A stretch of DNA of 64,000 bases from Planctomycetota bacterium. GTDB lineage: Bacteria; Planctomycetota; SZUA-567; H5-PLA8. A model generated the notes under the pieces. The model did no database searches. It was not told the DNA's origin and worked only from the letters and a program-made list of their open reading frames with translations. Of the stretch, positions 29,119 through 39,102 are shown in pieces; the stretch's first letter is position 1; each line of letters opens with the position of its first letter. The DNA lies in the NCBI GenBank assembly GCA_038227875.1, contig JBBRPR010000044.1:9569-73568 (forward strand), given 5' to 3'. A program made the position numbers and the translations under genes.

Positions 29119-29185
29119 CCTTCGGGTCACGTGACCCGAAGGTCTGAATCGTGAAATACACTTGGAGCGAATTCGCTCCAAGGTT
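29073..29185. repeat. Triplet of 28-bp NACC-N10|N10'-GGTN palindromes
   Basis: TACC-CTGGCGACAA|TTGTCGCTAG-GGTC (29073-29100); GACC-TTCGGGTCAC|GTGACCCGAA-GGTC (29117-29144, perfect); ACAC-TTGGAGCGAA|TTCGCTCCAA-GGTT (29158-29185). Confidence 0.9.
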
Positions 29186-29257
29186 CTTGCACGTACTGCA
29201 ACAGGTCAATTTTTTAAAATTGATGATATGGATCGGCTGGCAACGTATTAATACTGT

Positions 29258-29821
29258 GTGACTACAAACACAGCCATGCTCAACGCTCAGCCACACACCG
29301 CCGACCCCGCAGACCCGTTTGTTGCCGGGTGTCTGGAACACTTGGACGAGATCTGGAACTACGTCCGAACCTGCACGCAGTCGCATCACGACGCCGAGGA
29401 CATCACGCATGATGTTTTCGTGCAAGCCTGTGCGATGCGCTACCAGTTTGCCGGCGGCGAACTCGCCGCGTGGCTCTACCGCATCGCCCGCAATCGCGTC
29501 GCGAATCATTACCGCGCCAAAGGCGTTGAACGCCGCGGCCGCCAGGTACTGGAACGCAAAGCGGCGGATGCCATCGCCGACAATGCGGCGCCAACGCCGG
29601 AGAAGCCGGGCCTCGACGACCCGGCGCAGCTCCAGGCAGCGCTGCAGGAATTGAACGAGACGGAGCGCGAGGCGCTGCGATTAAAATTTTCCCAATCCTA
29701 CAGTCATGCGCAGATGGCGCGGCTGCTGGAGATGGACGAGGCCTATCTGGGAGTGGTGATCTTTCGCGCGCTGCGCAAACTGCGCCGCCGATTAGCCGCT
29801 CCGAAAGGAACACACTCATGA
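29258..29821 (+). CDS. ECF RNA polymerase sigma factor
   Basis: DAEDITHDVF...AWLYRIARN (region 2) and ALQELNETEREALRLKF...SHAQMA (region 4). Confidence 0.9.
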   Translation: MTTNTAMLNAQPHTADPADPFVAGCLEHLDEIWNYVRTCTQSHHDAEDITHDVFVQACAMRYQFAGGELAAWLYRIARNRVANHYRAKGVERRGRQVLERKAADAIADNAAPTPEKPGLDDPAQLQAALQELNETEREALRLKFSQSYSHAQMARLLEMDEAYLGVVIFRALRKLRRRLAAPKGTHS

Positions 29822-31293
29822 CCAACGATTCCAGCCGCTTCGACGAGCTTCCGCCCGACGACGCCGCGCAATTTCTGAAGGAGCTCGATGCCGCCCTGAA
29901 AAGCGGCGCGGCCTCCGGCGAACAGAAAGATCTCGCCGAATTCGGCGCTCGCACCGCACGCAGCCTGCGGCAGGAAACACCTGCAACGCCCAGCGCGGAA
30001 CTGCGCGCGCGCGTCGCCGCTCAATTGAACGCTCCACCCGCTGGCGTGGCGCGGGTGGGACGGCTGATGCAGCGCTGGCGCATCGGCGTGCTGGACGTCG
30101 CGGCGCTGTTGGCGCTGGCGGTCCTTTCGGTGAGCCTCTATGCCGCGCTGCGCGACAAGAAATCGCCGCAGGCCGATGTCATCGCGGTTGTGCACGCGCC
30201 TGCCGGAGATGGCGACGACAAGCCGAAAACTCCCGAGACGCCTCCGGTCCCTGAGGATCCGCAGATTGAGGGACTGCGCGCGCAGTTGCAGGCACCGGTC
30301 CAGTTTGATTTCGTCGACATCACGCTTGAAGAAGCGCTCACCGCCATCCGCGGCACACACAAAATGGACTTCATCCTCGACCCCGTGCTGGCCGCCGATG
30401 GCATCCTCAAAACCCCGGTCACGATCAAAACCACCGGAATGACCATGGAAGAAGCGCTGAATTGGCTCTGCCGGCTGAGCGACGTGCGCTACACGCTCAA
30501 AGGCGGAGCAGTATACCTTTGCCGAAAAAACGGTCAGACCCAGGATCAGTACATGGAGGCGTACGATATTTCCAAAACGGGAATGCCGGCCGATCTTCTG
30601 GTGGAACTGATTCGTGATTACGCCTTCCCCAATGAATTCGCGGATCCCGCCCGTTCGATATCGACTGTGAATGGAAAGCTGGTCCTGATTCAAACCGGAG
30701 ACGTGCACAAACGCGTGGCAAAACTTCTCGCGACGCTTTTGGAGAAAGCTGGAAGCGCGGAGATTCCGCTGCTCACCCCTCTGCCACCCGCGGCGTGGGA
30801 GAAGGACATCCAGGACAAATTGGAGAAGCAGATCTCGTTCGATTTTGTCGACACATCGTTGACTGAAGTTCTGGAATTCTTTCGAACTCAGACGGGTGTC
30901 AACATCGTGATCGATCCCCGAGTTCTCGCCGCCGGTCAGGCACCAATCCAACTCAAGATTACGGATCAGAAAGCGAAAGTGGCCCTCGACTGGGCGCTCC
31001 GGCTTGAGAATCTCGAATATACCCTGGTGGATCATGCCCTCTTCATCAGTACGCCGACCCGAAAAGGCGACGTGACGCTCTACAACGTCCGCGACCTGTT
31101 GGGAGAGGACGAAAAGGAGCTGACCAAGCTGCAGGTGCTGATCCAGTCTGGGATCGCGGGCTCAAGCATGGGCGGCCGTGCCGGCATCCTGATCGCCTCA
31201 GGGTCACCGGAGATTCAAGAGAAGGTCCACGCCTTCCTCGCCAAGTTGCGCGGCACCGGAGCAAAGTCCGAAAAGCCTGCGGTGAAGCGCTGA
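29818..31293 (+). CDS. Putative anti-sigma membrane protein with duplicated secretin-N/STN-like periplasmic domains
   Basis: ATGA-coupled to the sigma gene. PSAELRARV motif, a TM helix, then two units of V/ISFDFVD..L.E.L...N/DI/F..DP...I.....AL.W..RL followed by Y.V/I....L....Q/G..E/D..K.V..LLA.L. Confidence 0.75.
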   Translation: MTNDSSRFDELPPDDAAQFLKELDAALKSGAASGEQKDLAEFGARTARSLRQETPATPSAELRARVAAQLNAPPAGVARVGRLMQRWRIGVLDVAALLALAVLSVSLYAALRDKKSPQADVIAVVHAPAGDGDDKPKTPETPPVPEDPQIEGLRAQLQAPVQFDFVDITLEEALTAIRGTHKMDFILDPVLAADGILKTPVTIKTTGMTMEEALNWLCRLSDVRYTLKGGAVYLCRKNGQTQDQYMEAYDISKTGMPADLLVELIRDYAFPNEFADPARSISTVNGKLVLIQTGDVHKRVAKLLATLLEKAGSAEIPLLTPLPPAAWEKDIQDKLEKQISFDFVDTSLTEVLEFFRTQTGVNIVIDPRVLAAGQAPIQLKITDQKAKVALDWALRLENLEYTLVDHALFISTPTRKGDVTLYNVRDLLGEDEKELTKLQVLIQSGIAGSSMGGRAGILIASGSPEIQEKVHAFLAKLRGTGAKSEKPAVKR

Positions 31294-31307
31294 CCGCGGA
31301 CACGGTT

Positions 31308-31790
31308 TCATTCGAATCGCTTCAACGAATTCCCACTGACAATCCGCCGGAAGCCATCGCCGGCGACAGCAATGGCGAGCAGGGGTACGGGAAACGCAAT
31401 CACGTGGAGTACAACGATGCCCACGAGCGTTGCAGCAATCATCACCGCACCGAGCCCGATTTCGGCCAAGCCCCAGACGATCCACTGTTCAGCTGCTCCA
31501 CGGATCTCTGCCTTTCGCGCCTGATAATCCTGCTCCGTATCCCATCGCGTTGCCGCTCCGCAGCGGCAGCAGCAGTCAGCGTCTTTATTGGGATGCATGC
31601 ACTCCGGACAGTACGCGGAACGCACAAACAGCGCAGACGGGTCGAGGCGGGGTTGGTTGCAGCCGGCGCAAATATCTTCTGTGCGACAGGCTTTATGTAC
31701 GGCAGTATTGCAGCGCGCACACCACGTCCCGTCGGGCTGAAAAAAAATCTTCTCCGCACAAACGTTGCAAACCGCGCCGCAGACCTGCAT
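31308..31790 (-). CDS. Cys/His-rich RING/C1-like zinc-finger membrane protein
   Basis: CNVC...WCARC...HKAC...CAGC, then CPEC...CCRC, and two C-terminal TM helices. Confidence 0.65.
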   Translation of the reverse strand: MQVCGAVCNVCAEKIFFQPDGTWCARCNTAVHKACRTEDICAGCNQPRLDPSALFVRSAYCPECMHPNKDADCCCRCGAATRWDTEQDYQARKAEIRGAAEQWIVWGLAEIGLGAVMIAATLVGIVVLHVIAFPVPLLAIAVAGDGFRRIVSGNSLKRFE

Positions 31791-31964
31791 GGTCAAACTC
31801 TCCAAAATCGCTGAGGCTATACGGGAGCGTACTCAAATAACCCATCTTTGCCGCCAAATTCCCCATCATTCCTCGCTGTGATTTGATCTAAGGTCGGCCA
31901 CCAATCCTCACGTCAGTTTCATGAATTGCGCTATACTTGGTGTGCATTCCGTGGAACTGATTCG

Positions 31965-34455
31965 ATGCAGAAGAAATTGCGACTGATCGTGCTGGTCTCC
32001 TCATTGCTCTCGGCAGCCGCATGCCGCGCCGCGGACATCTGGGTTTCGTCGGGACCGGACAATGGTGCGGCGAATGCGCCGCTCCATTCGCTCGCGGCGG
32101 CGGCCAAGCGCGCTCACAAGGGAGACACGATTCACATCCTGCGCGGCAGCGTCATTCGCGAGGGCGGGATCAACATCGACGGCCCGACGGTCATCGCCGA
32201 TGGCCCGGCCGATCAACCCGCTCCCGTGATCACCGGTGCGATTCCGATTACCGGCTTCAGTGCCGCGCCGGGAAGCACGAAGATTCTCGCAGCCCCCTGC
32301 CCCACCAAGCCCCTTCTCTGCGCGGCCGACGGAAAACTGCTGACACTCGCGCGCTTCCCCAACGACGGATTTCTCACCACCAAGGCCGGCACGACGGCGA
32401 CGACGATCACCGACGGCGAGCTGAGCAAACGCGCGGGCACGAACTGGAAGGGCGCGCAACTGCATTGGCGCAAGTGGAGCTGGTGGTGGGAGACGCGCAC
32501 GGTCACGGCCGACACCGGCGACAAGCTGGAACTGTCGCCAACCCCGGTGAAGGATTTGACGAACCTCGTTGGCATCGGTTCGGGCTACTATGTCGACGAT
32601 TGCCGCGCGGAGCTCGATGCGCCCGGCGAGTGGTGGTACGACGCGGCCAGCAAGCAGCTGCTGGTGATTCCACCGGCGGGCATCGACGCGGCCCATCTTT
32701 CCGTGGAAGCGGTCGTCGAGAAGTCCGGCGTCAGTTTATCCAATGCCACAGTGCGCGGGATTACCTTCCGCCACTACATTGATTCGGCTGTGGCGATCGG
32801 CCACACGTCCGTGGTTGAAGATTGCGCCATCGAGCAGATCTGGGACGTGGGACTGAGCGGCAATTGGGAGAGCAACGGTAGCGCGGTGCGCCGCTGCACG
32901 ATTTCCGATGTGCTCAACATCGGCATCAATTGGGGCGAAAACGCCGAGAAAGCCGGCGGCTCGGTGATCGAACACAACCGCCTCGAACGCATCGGCACGC
33001 GCGATGGACTCGGCGGCAGCGGCACGTGGCACGCCTGCGGCATGATCATTCGCGGCAAAGGCGTCGTGGTGCGCTTGAACACGCTCGTCGAGACCGGTTA
33101 CGCGGGCATCATCCTCGGCAACGACGGGCAGACGGTGGAGCACAACGTCTTCGTGCGCTGCATGTCGACGATGAACGACGGCGCGGCCATTTACACCAAC
33201 TGCAATGCCAGCAACATTCGCGGCAACATCATTCTCAACACCGTCGGGAATCTGCGCACGTCGCAGCCGTTTTATCCGCTCGGTCATGGCATCTGGCCGG
33301 AATTCCTGAGCGAATTTCACGACACCAAAATTGTCGGCAACACCATCGTCGGCTGCGGCGGCAATGGGATTTTCATGAGCAACAATTTCAACTGCGAAGT
33401 TCAGGACAATGTCCTGGCCGGCAACCGCCAGGCCGGCATTCAAGTCGGCACCGCCAACAACATCAAGCGTGCGCAAGGCAACAAATTCACCGGCAACATT
33501 TTTGTCCTCGACCCGCGGCTCTTCGTAAAGCCCGCGTGGACCGAGAACATTCCCGCCGATTGGTCTGGCAACGATCATCAGGCCGGCATGCATTACGAAC
33601 GCGGCATCGACTACGGGACGATGAGCGGCTCGACGTTTGTGCTCGCGCCGGGCCTCGCTCTCGCCAAAGCCGACAAGCCGCTCAAGGATGCCGCGGCTTG
33701 GAAAGCCGACGCGCCATGGGCCGATCCCGCGCCGAAAATTCTTCCCGGCCAGGCCATGCTGCTGATCAACGACACCGAGAAGGCCGAGGAGCTCAACGTC
33801 CCAGCCGGTTCGTGGAGTCTGCTCACCGGCGCCGCGTCCGGCAACAGCGTTCACGTCGAAACCTTTCGCCACCGCCGTGCTGGTGAGCGCCTCGCCGCTG
33901 CCCCCGACCGCGCCGGCGTATGTGCTCGCGTCGGGCCGTGATTTTTCACCCGGCGCGTCCGGCGCAACGAAAGGGGGAGCCTCGCCCCTCGCCTCCGCCG
34001 GTGCAGTCAAAAAACAGAAAGAAGAAGCCGACACCAAGCGCAAGCAGGACACCGAAACCAAAGCCGCGAAAGCCACGCCGAAAAAGGAGAGCTGGGACAA
34101 GTACGCGCAGAAGTTGCGCGACCGCATCGTGGCGATGATCGCCGATGGCCATCCGCCGCGCTTCAACTACAGCGCGATGAAAACCGACGTCGACATCATG
34201 AGCCTCAACGGCAGTCACGCGATGCTTAAAATGTCCGGCGACGGCGCGACGATCGACGCGGAGCTCTTCACCAAGCTTGAACCCTCCGACGCCCTGGCGC
34301 TCAGCCGCGCAATGCTGCGTCGCGACAGCCCGGAAGACCACGCCCTCGTCGCCTTCTTCGCGCGCTGCGTCGGCGACTTCACGCTCGCCGACAAACAGCT
34401 CGTGGAAGCCGGCGTCGCCGCGGAAGAAGTGAAGGCCGCCTTCGCCGCGCCGTGA
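31965..34455 (+). CDS. Secreted beta-helix protein with a C-terminal accessory domain, split by an apparent 1-bp insertion at about 33860
   Basis: Signal peptide, LARFPN, ELDAPGEWWYD and DGAAIYT beta-helix motifs. Removing one A from GAAACCTTTCGCC gives VHVEPFATAVLVSA and joins ORFs 31926..33941 and 33877..34455. Confidence 0.8.
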
Positions 34456-34598
34456 GAGGAAAAACTGACATACCCGCCAAATAGCCCATCACATTTCCCA
34501 TTTTACGCATGCACTCCTTACCACACTTTGCTCAAATGCAGGGTAGACAGAAAAGAGCTGCGTTGTACTTCAACCCCAATCCTCTCGAGATTTTCACT

Positions 34599-37500
34599 AT
34601 GGCACACACGACACGTCTCTCGTTTTGCGCACTGACTGTCATCGTCTCCGTGCTCGGATCGGTCCGCGCGGGCGAAGCGTTGACGGTGCTTGAGCCGGAG
34701 AAGAGCGAGACGGTGGCGCCGCGAAAATCGGAGCGCGAACGCTGGGCGTGGAATCAGCCGATGGCCACGATCACGGCCAGCGGCGATCTCGAATGGAAAC
34801 CCGAAGCCTTCAAATTCGAGAAGGGCGCGTCGGTGCGCTACATCGATTTTGACGGCGGCAGCGACGACAAGGATGGCACCTCGACGGCCAACGCGTGGAA
34901 GCACCATCCGTGGGATCCGGCGGCGACGGGCACGGCGAAAGCCGGCTCGGGAATTCAGACCTACGTTTTCAAACGCGGCGTGCTCTACCGCGGCATGCTC
35001 AACGCCAACGAATCCGGCAAGCCCGGCGATCCGATCCGCCTGACCAGCGACCCGGCCTGGGGCGAAGGCGAGGCAGTCATCGCCGGCTCGGAGCGCGTGA
35101 CGGGCTGGAAAAAAGGCACCGACCGCAAAGACATTCCGGAAGGCGACAAGGTCTGGTGGGTCGATGTGGCGTTTCAGCCGCGCAACGTCTGGGAAATCAG
35201 CAAGACCGGCGCCGAGCGCATTCCGCTTGCGCGCGTGCCGCACTGGAAAGTCTCCAACCCCACCGACGTAATGAGCGAATGGTGGTCGTGGGAGCAGCCG
35301 GAATGGTGGACGGGCAAGTGGCACATCGATTTCAAGGGCCATCGCGCCCACATGGGGATCGACACCAAGCATCTCGACAAGGGTGAAGATTACTACGTCG
35401 GCGCAACCGTTCGCACGGAGTTCGCGGTCGTAATGGGCACGCCGTTTCCGACGCTGGTGGAAGGCTTCGATGCGGCGAAGAAGGGTCTCGTCTTCCAGGG
35501 CATCTGGACCGGCGACAGCGAGAACATCTGGACCGGCAACCGCTATTACCTTGAAGACAAGCCGCAGTACCTGGAAGTGCCCGGCGAATTCTGGGCCGAA
35601 CGCAAGGACGGCGGCGCGCGCGTCTACCTGCGCCTGCCCGGCGACCGCGATCCCAATCAGGCCACACTGGAACTCGGCCACCATTGCAATCTGATCGAAA
35701 GCAAGGGACTCAGCGACGTCGTCATCTCCGCGCTCACGTTCCGCTGGACCAACACGCATTGGGACCTCTTCCAGCCCGGCTGGGGCCACCCGGACGTGCC
35801 CAACGCTGCCATCCGCATCCACGGTTCGAGCGACGGCTTGAAAGTCGCCAACTGCAAATTCCAGAACATCGCCGGCAAGGCCATGAAACTCGATGCCGGC
35901 AAGCCTGAAAATCATTTCGGCCGCGTCGCGTTCGACGACAATGAACTGATCGAACTCGACCACGGCGCGATCGAGATCAAGTGCGGCGGGCGCGGCGATG
36001 TCGAAGTCCTCCGCAACAAAATGCATGTGATCGGCCAGCGCCCACACCGCCAGGATTGGGGCCATGCGCTCTGCGTGGAATTCCCCGAGACCATGCACAT
36101 CGCCGGCAACATTCTCGACCGTTGCTACGGCTCGGGAATCTTCGTCTTCGGCGGCAAGGCCAGCGGCGATGTCCGCGACGTCGGCCTTTCGCGCTCGCTG
36201 ATCCACGACAACCGCGTCTTCGATTCGCTGCTGAGCGCCAACGACTGGGGCGGCATCGAAACGTGGCAGTGCGGCCCGCACTATGTCTACAACAACATCT
36301 CCGGCAACGCCGTCGGCTACTGGAACTGCACGTACAAGCCGGAGAACAAAAGCAGCGCGTGCCTGGGCTTCAATTACTACTTCGACGGCTCGTTCAAGAA
36401 CTCGGTCTTCAACAACGTCGCCTACGGCACCACGACGGACCGTACCAACAAATTCTTCTCGCAGGCCGCGTTTTACGAAGCCGTGCCGACGATCGAGAAC
36501 ACGTTCTTCAACAACACCGCCGCGCATTTCGTGCTCGGTTCGAACTGGTCGCCGTCGGGCGGCCGCCACATGCTGCTCGGCAACATCCTGATCGACATCG
36601 TCGGCCCCGTCTTTCAGTGGGGACAGTTGAAGGAGGACAAAGGTCCCGCGCCCGCCGCGTACCCGCTGGAAACGACGGCGCTCTCCAAGAATCTGCTCGT
36701 GAATTGCGGCGGCGGAAAGGCGTTCGCAACTTTCGAAGCCAGCGGCAAGGGCTACCCCGATTTCGCCTCGATGCAGTCCGGGTACGCCGCGCACAAACCG
36801 CTGGCCGCCGACATCGGCACGGCCAGCTCCGCGCCGATCGTGAAGGACGCTGATAAGCAGCACGATTTCCATCCACTCCCCGGTTCGCCCGCGCTGGAAG
36901 CCGGCGTGAAAGTGTTCGTGCCCTGGAGCATCTCGCGCACCGTCGGCGAATGGCACTTCCGCCGCAACAATTCCGATCCCACCGTACTGCTCGACGATCA
37001 CTTTTACGCGACGACGTACTTCGTGTTGCGCGAGAACTACTTCGAGACGCCCGTCTGGCCGCTGAAAGGCGTCAACATCGCCGCGAAAGATTACACGCAA
37101 GGTCCGCTGGAAGACTGGACCGATAGCGCCCTCCAGCTGAACGGCACCGATCAGTACGCGTCGCTCGGCAACGACACGCTGACCAAGCCGTACGATTACG
37201 TGCACGACAAGAAGAAGGTGACGGCGGGTCCGAAAGACCTGACCAGCCCGGATTTCACCACGCAGAACATGCTGATCGAATTCTACGTCCAGCCGAAGGC
37301 CGGCCAGGACGCCTGCGCGATTGTGAGCAAACTGGCGGAGAGCGGCTACCGCGTCGCGCTGAACAAAGCCGGCGGCGTCACGCTGACACTCGCGGCGGCC
37401 GGCGCCAAGAGCGAGTTGGCCAGCGGCGCGAAGATCGCCGATGGCAACTGGCATCACGTCGTCGTCGACGTCGACCGCGCCAGCGGCGCCGCCGCGATCT

Positions 37501-37760
37501 ACACCGACGGCAAGAAGAGCGCCGAAGGCAAGCTGACGCTCGACAAAACCGCGAGCCTCTCCAACGCCTCCGACTTCGTCGTGGGCAAAGGTTTCGCCGG
37601 AGGCATCCAGTACCTGCGCGTCGCGCGCGGCAACCTGTCCGACAGCCACACCACGATCGAAGAACTCTACGATTGGGAATTCGACGGCCCGTTCCTGCGT
37701 GACTTCACCGGCAAAGCACCAGTAGGGAAAAAGCGCAGCGCGGGAGCGTTTGAACCCTGA
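34599..37760 (+). CDS. Large secreted beta-helix protein with a C-terminal LamG/ConA-like domain
   Basis: Signal peptide; YIDFDGGSDDKDGTS..AWKH; YLEVPGEFW; NDWGGIE; LamG-like IADGNWHHVVV.VDR...IYTDG. Confidence 0.85.
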   Translation: MAHTTRLSFCALTVIVSVLGSVRAGEALTVLEPEKSETVAPRKSERERWAWNQPMATITASGDLEWKPEAFKFEKGASVRYIDFDGGSDDKDGTSTANAWKHHPWDPAATGTAKAGSGIQTYVFKRGVLYRGMLNANESGKPGDPIRLTSDPAWGEGEAVIAGSERVTGWKKGTDRKDIPEGDKVWWVDVAFQPRNVWEISKTGAERIPLARVPHWKVSNPTDVMSEWWSWEQPEWWTGKWHIDFKGHRAHMGIDTKHLDKGEDYYVGATVRTEFAVVMGTPFPTLVEGFDAAKKGLVFQGIWTGDSENIWTGNRYYLEDKPQYLEVPGEFWAERKDGGARVYLRLPGDRDPNQATLELGHHCNLIESKGLSDVVISALTFRWTNTHWDLFQPGWGHPDVPNAAIRIHGSSDGLKVANCKFQNIAGKAMKLDAGKPENHFGRVAFDDNELIELDHGAIEIKCGGRGDVEVLRNKMHVIGQRPHRQDWGHALCVEFPETMHIAGNILDRCYGSGIFVFGGKASGDVRDVGLSRSLIHDNRVFDSLLSANDWGGIETWQCGPHYVYNNISGNAVGYWNCTYKPENKSSACLGFNYYFDGSFKNSVFNNVAYGTTTDRTNKFFSQAAFYEAVPTIENTFFNNTAAHFVLGSNWSPSGGRHMLLGNILIDIVGPVFQWGQLKEDKGPAPAAYPLETTALSKNLLVNCGGGKAFATFEASGKGYPDFASMQSGYAAHKPLAADIGTASSAPIVKDADKQHDFHPLPGSPALEAGVKVFVPWSISRTVGEWHFRRNNSDPTVLLDDHFYATTYFVLRENYFETPVWPLKGVNIAAKDYTQGPLEDWTDSALQLNGTDQYASLGNDTLTKPYDYVHDKKKVTAGPKDLTSPDFTTQNMLIEFYVQPKAGQDACAIVSKLAESGYRVALNKAGGVTLTLAAAGAKSELASGAKIADGNWHHVVVDVDRASGAAAIYTDGKKSAEGKLTLDKTASLSNASDFVVGKGFAGGIQYLRVARGNLSDSHTTIEELYDWEFDGPFLRDFTGKAPVGKKRSAGAFEP

Positions 37761-37850
37761 CAGTTTTGAGTTGTGAGTTTTGAATTGACAACCGCGCGAA
37801 GTCCGCGCGGTTGTTATTGCTGTTAACTCAAAACTAAAAATTCAAAACTG
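37761..37850. terminator. Large inverted repeat with heptamer-repeat arms around a GC hairpin; probable bidirectional terminator
   Basis: Arms 37761-37790 and 37821-37850 are complementary at 25 of 30 positions. Inner stem ACAACCGCGCG/CGCGCGGTTGT. Lies between convergent genes. Confidence 0.7.
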
Positions 37851-37853
37851 CCC

Positions 37854-38903
37854 CTAAGAAACCCATTCCCCGCCCAGTCGCATCGACTGCTCGGCTTTCT
37901 CCGTCCAGATCATGCTCTTCAACGCGTCGGAGGCCGGGTAGCGCGGCGGCTTTCCAGCGGCGACGTGAGACAGGAAGTCGTTGTCCTGCGAATTCGTATC
38001 GTAGCCAGGTTGGCCAAATTCCTTCTGCACGTCGATCATGCGGACCCGCTCAGTCAACAGGTCCGCGCGGTGATTGAAGCGGACGACTTCGATCGTTTCT
38101 GTCCACGGATCGTAGGTGGCGGTGCCGGCGTCGCCGGTGATCGAAAGCTCGTTGAAGTGGCCGGCTTCGTGGCCTTCAAAGTGCCGCTCGGGTTTGGCCA
38201 GGCCATCGACCTGCGCGGCACGGCGCGTGTCGAAATTGATGGTGCCCTGCGCGCCATCTTTGAATTGAAAGACGGAGACCACGTTGTCTTCGATCTCGTA
38301 GTGCCGGATGAGCTTCGGCGCGGCGATCGCAATCGTGCGGAGCGGTTCGCCAAAGAAGAAGCGGAAGAGATCCACCTGGTGGCAGAGTTTCTCGTAGAAA
38401 ATGCCGCCAGTCCGCGCGCGCGACATGTAGCCGGGAACGTGATGCGGCCCGGAAAATTGCGTCTGGCTGATGCGGCTGAGCCGGCCCAGCGCGCCGGACG
38501 CAATGACATGCTGCATCGCGCGCATGATGCCGCAGTAACGTAGGAGAAATCCGCACTGAAACGGAATGCCGCGCGCAGCCGCTTCATCCACCAACGCCTG
38601 GGAATCTTCCAGTGTCGTCGAGATTGGCTTTTCGATGAGCACTGCGACGCCGCGCGCGAAACACGCACGCGCCACCTCGGCGTGGCGGCTGGGCGGCGTG
38701 GCGATCACGACGGCCTCCGGTTTGAATTCCTGGAGCAGGCGTTCCACAGTGTCGAACATTGGGATGTTCAACGCCTTGCCGACTTCGTCGCAGACGTCGG
38801 CAGCAACGTCGCAGCCGGCCACTTGCTTCGCGACCGTTCCGCCAATAACGCTCCTCAAATGGGTCTGCCCCATCGCTCTGGCTCCAACCACGGCAACTTT
38901 CAT
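37854..38903 (-). CDS. Gfo/Idh/MocA-family oxidoreductase
   Basis: VAVVGA..MG..H, AVVIATP...H, VLIEKP and GG.FYEKLCHQVD motifs. Confidence 0.92.
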   Translation of the reverse strand: MKVAVVGARAMGQTHLRSVIGGTVAKQVAGCDVAADVCDEVGKALNIPMFDTVERLLQEFKPEAVVIATPPSRHAEVARACFARGVAVLIEKPISTTLEDSQALVDEAAARGIPFQCGFLLRYCGIMRAMQHVIASGALGRLSRISQTQFSGPHHVPGYMSRARTGGIFYEKLCHQVDLFRFFFGEPLRTIAIAAPKLIRHYEIEDNVVSVFQFKDGAQGTINFDTRRAAQVDGLAKPERHFEGHEAGHFNELSITGDAGTATYDPWTETIEVVRFNHRADLLTERVRMIDVQKEFGQPGYDTNSQDNDFLSHVAAGKPPRYPASDALKSMIWTEKAEQSMRLGGEWVS

Positions 38904-39055
38904 GATGCCTCCTTTTGTTGCGACCCAGATCTATAAACACCGCATCAGAGAAACTTCCACTATTAAATTTTATTATCGCAACCTTTCAGGATCTATTTTA
39001 GGTCTTAAATATCTATAAATACTGTTGTTTATGAATTTTAAATTTATTTTAGTAG

Positions 39056-39077
39056 AAGTACCTTTTTAAGTACCTTT
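39056..39077. promoter_or_regulatory. Candidate operator: direct repeat in an AT-rich divergent promoter region
   Basis: AAGTACCTTT at 39056 and 39068, between the oxidoreductase and the regulator. Confidence 0.4.
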
Positions 39078-39102
39078 ATACTACCTCTGGTGTATCCCTA
39101 GT

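Noticed and set aside
29073..29185. CRISPR array interpretation of the palindrome triplets
   Set aside because: The repeat units differ in sequence, spacers are only about 0-16 bp, and there are no cas genes in the window.
34518..37649. 1043-aa minus-strand ORF and other long antisense ORFs (13042..15156, 23183..25120, 7472..8542, 26712..28292, 44738..46192)
   Set aside because: These are shadow frames of GC-rich genes on the opposite strand, with no recognisable motifs.
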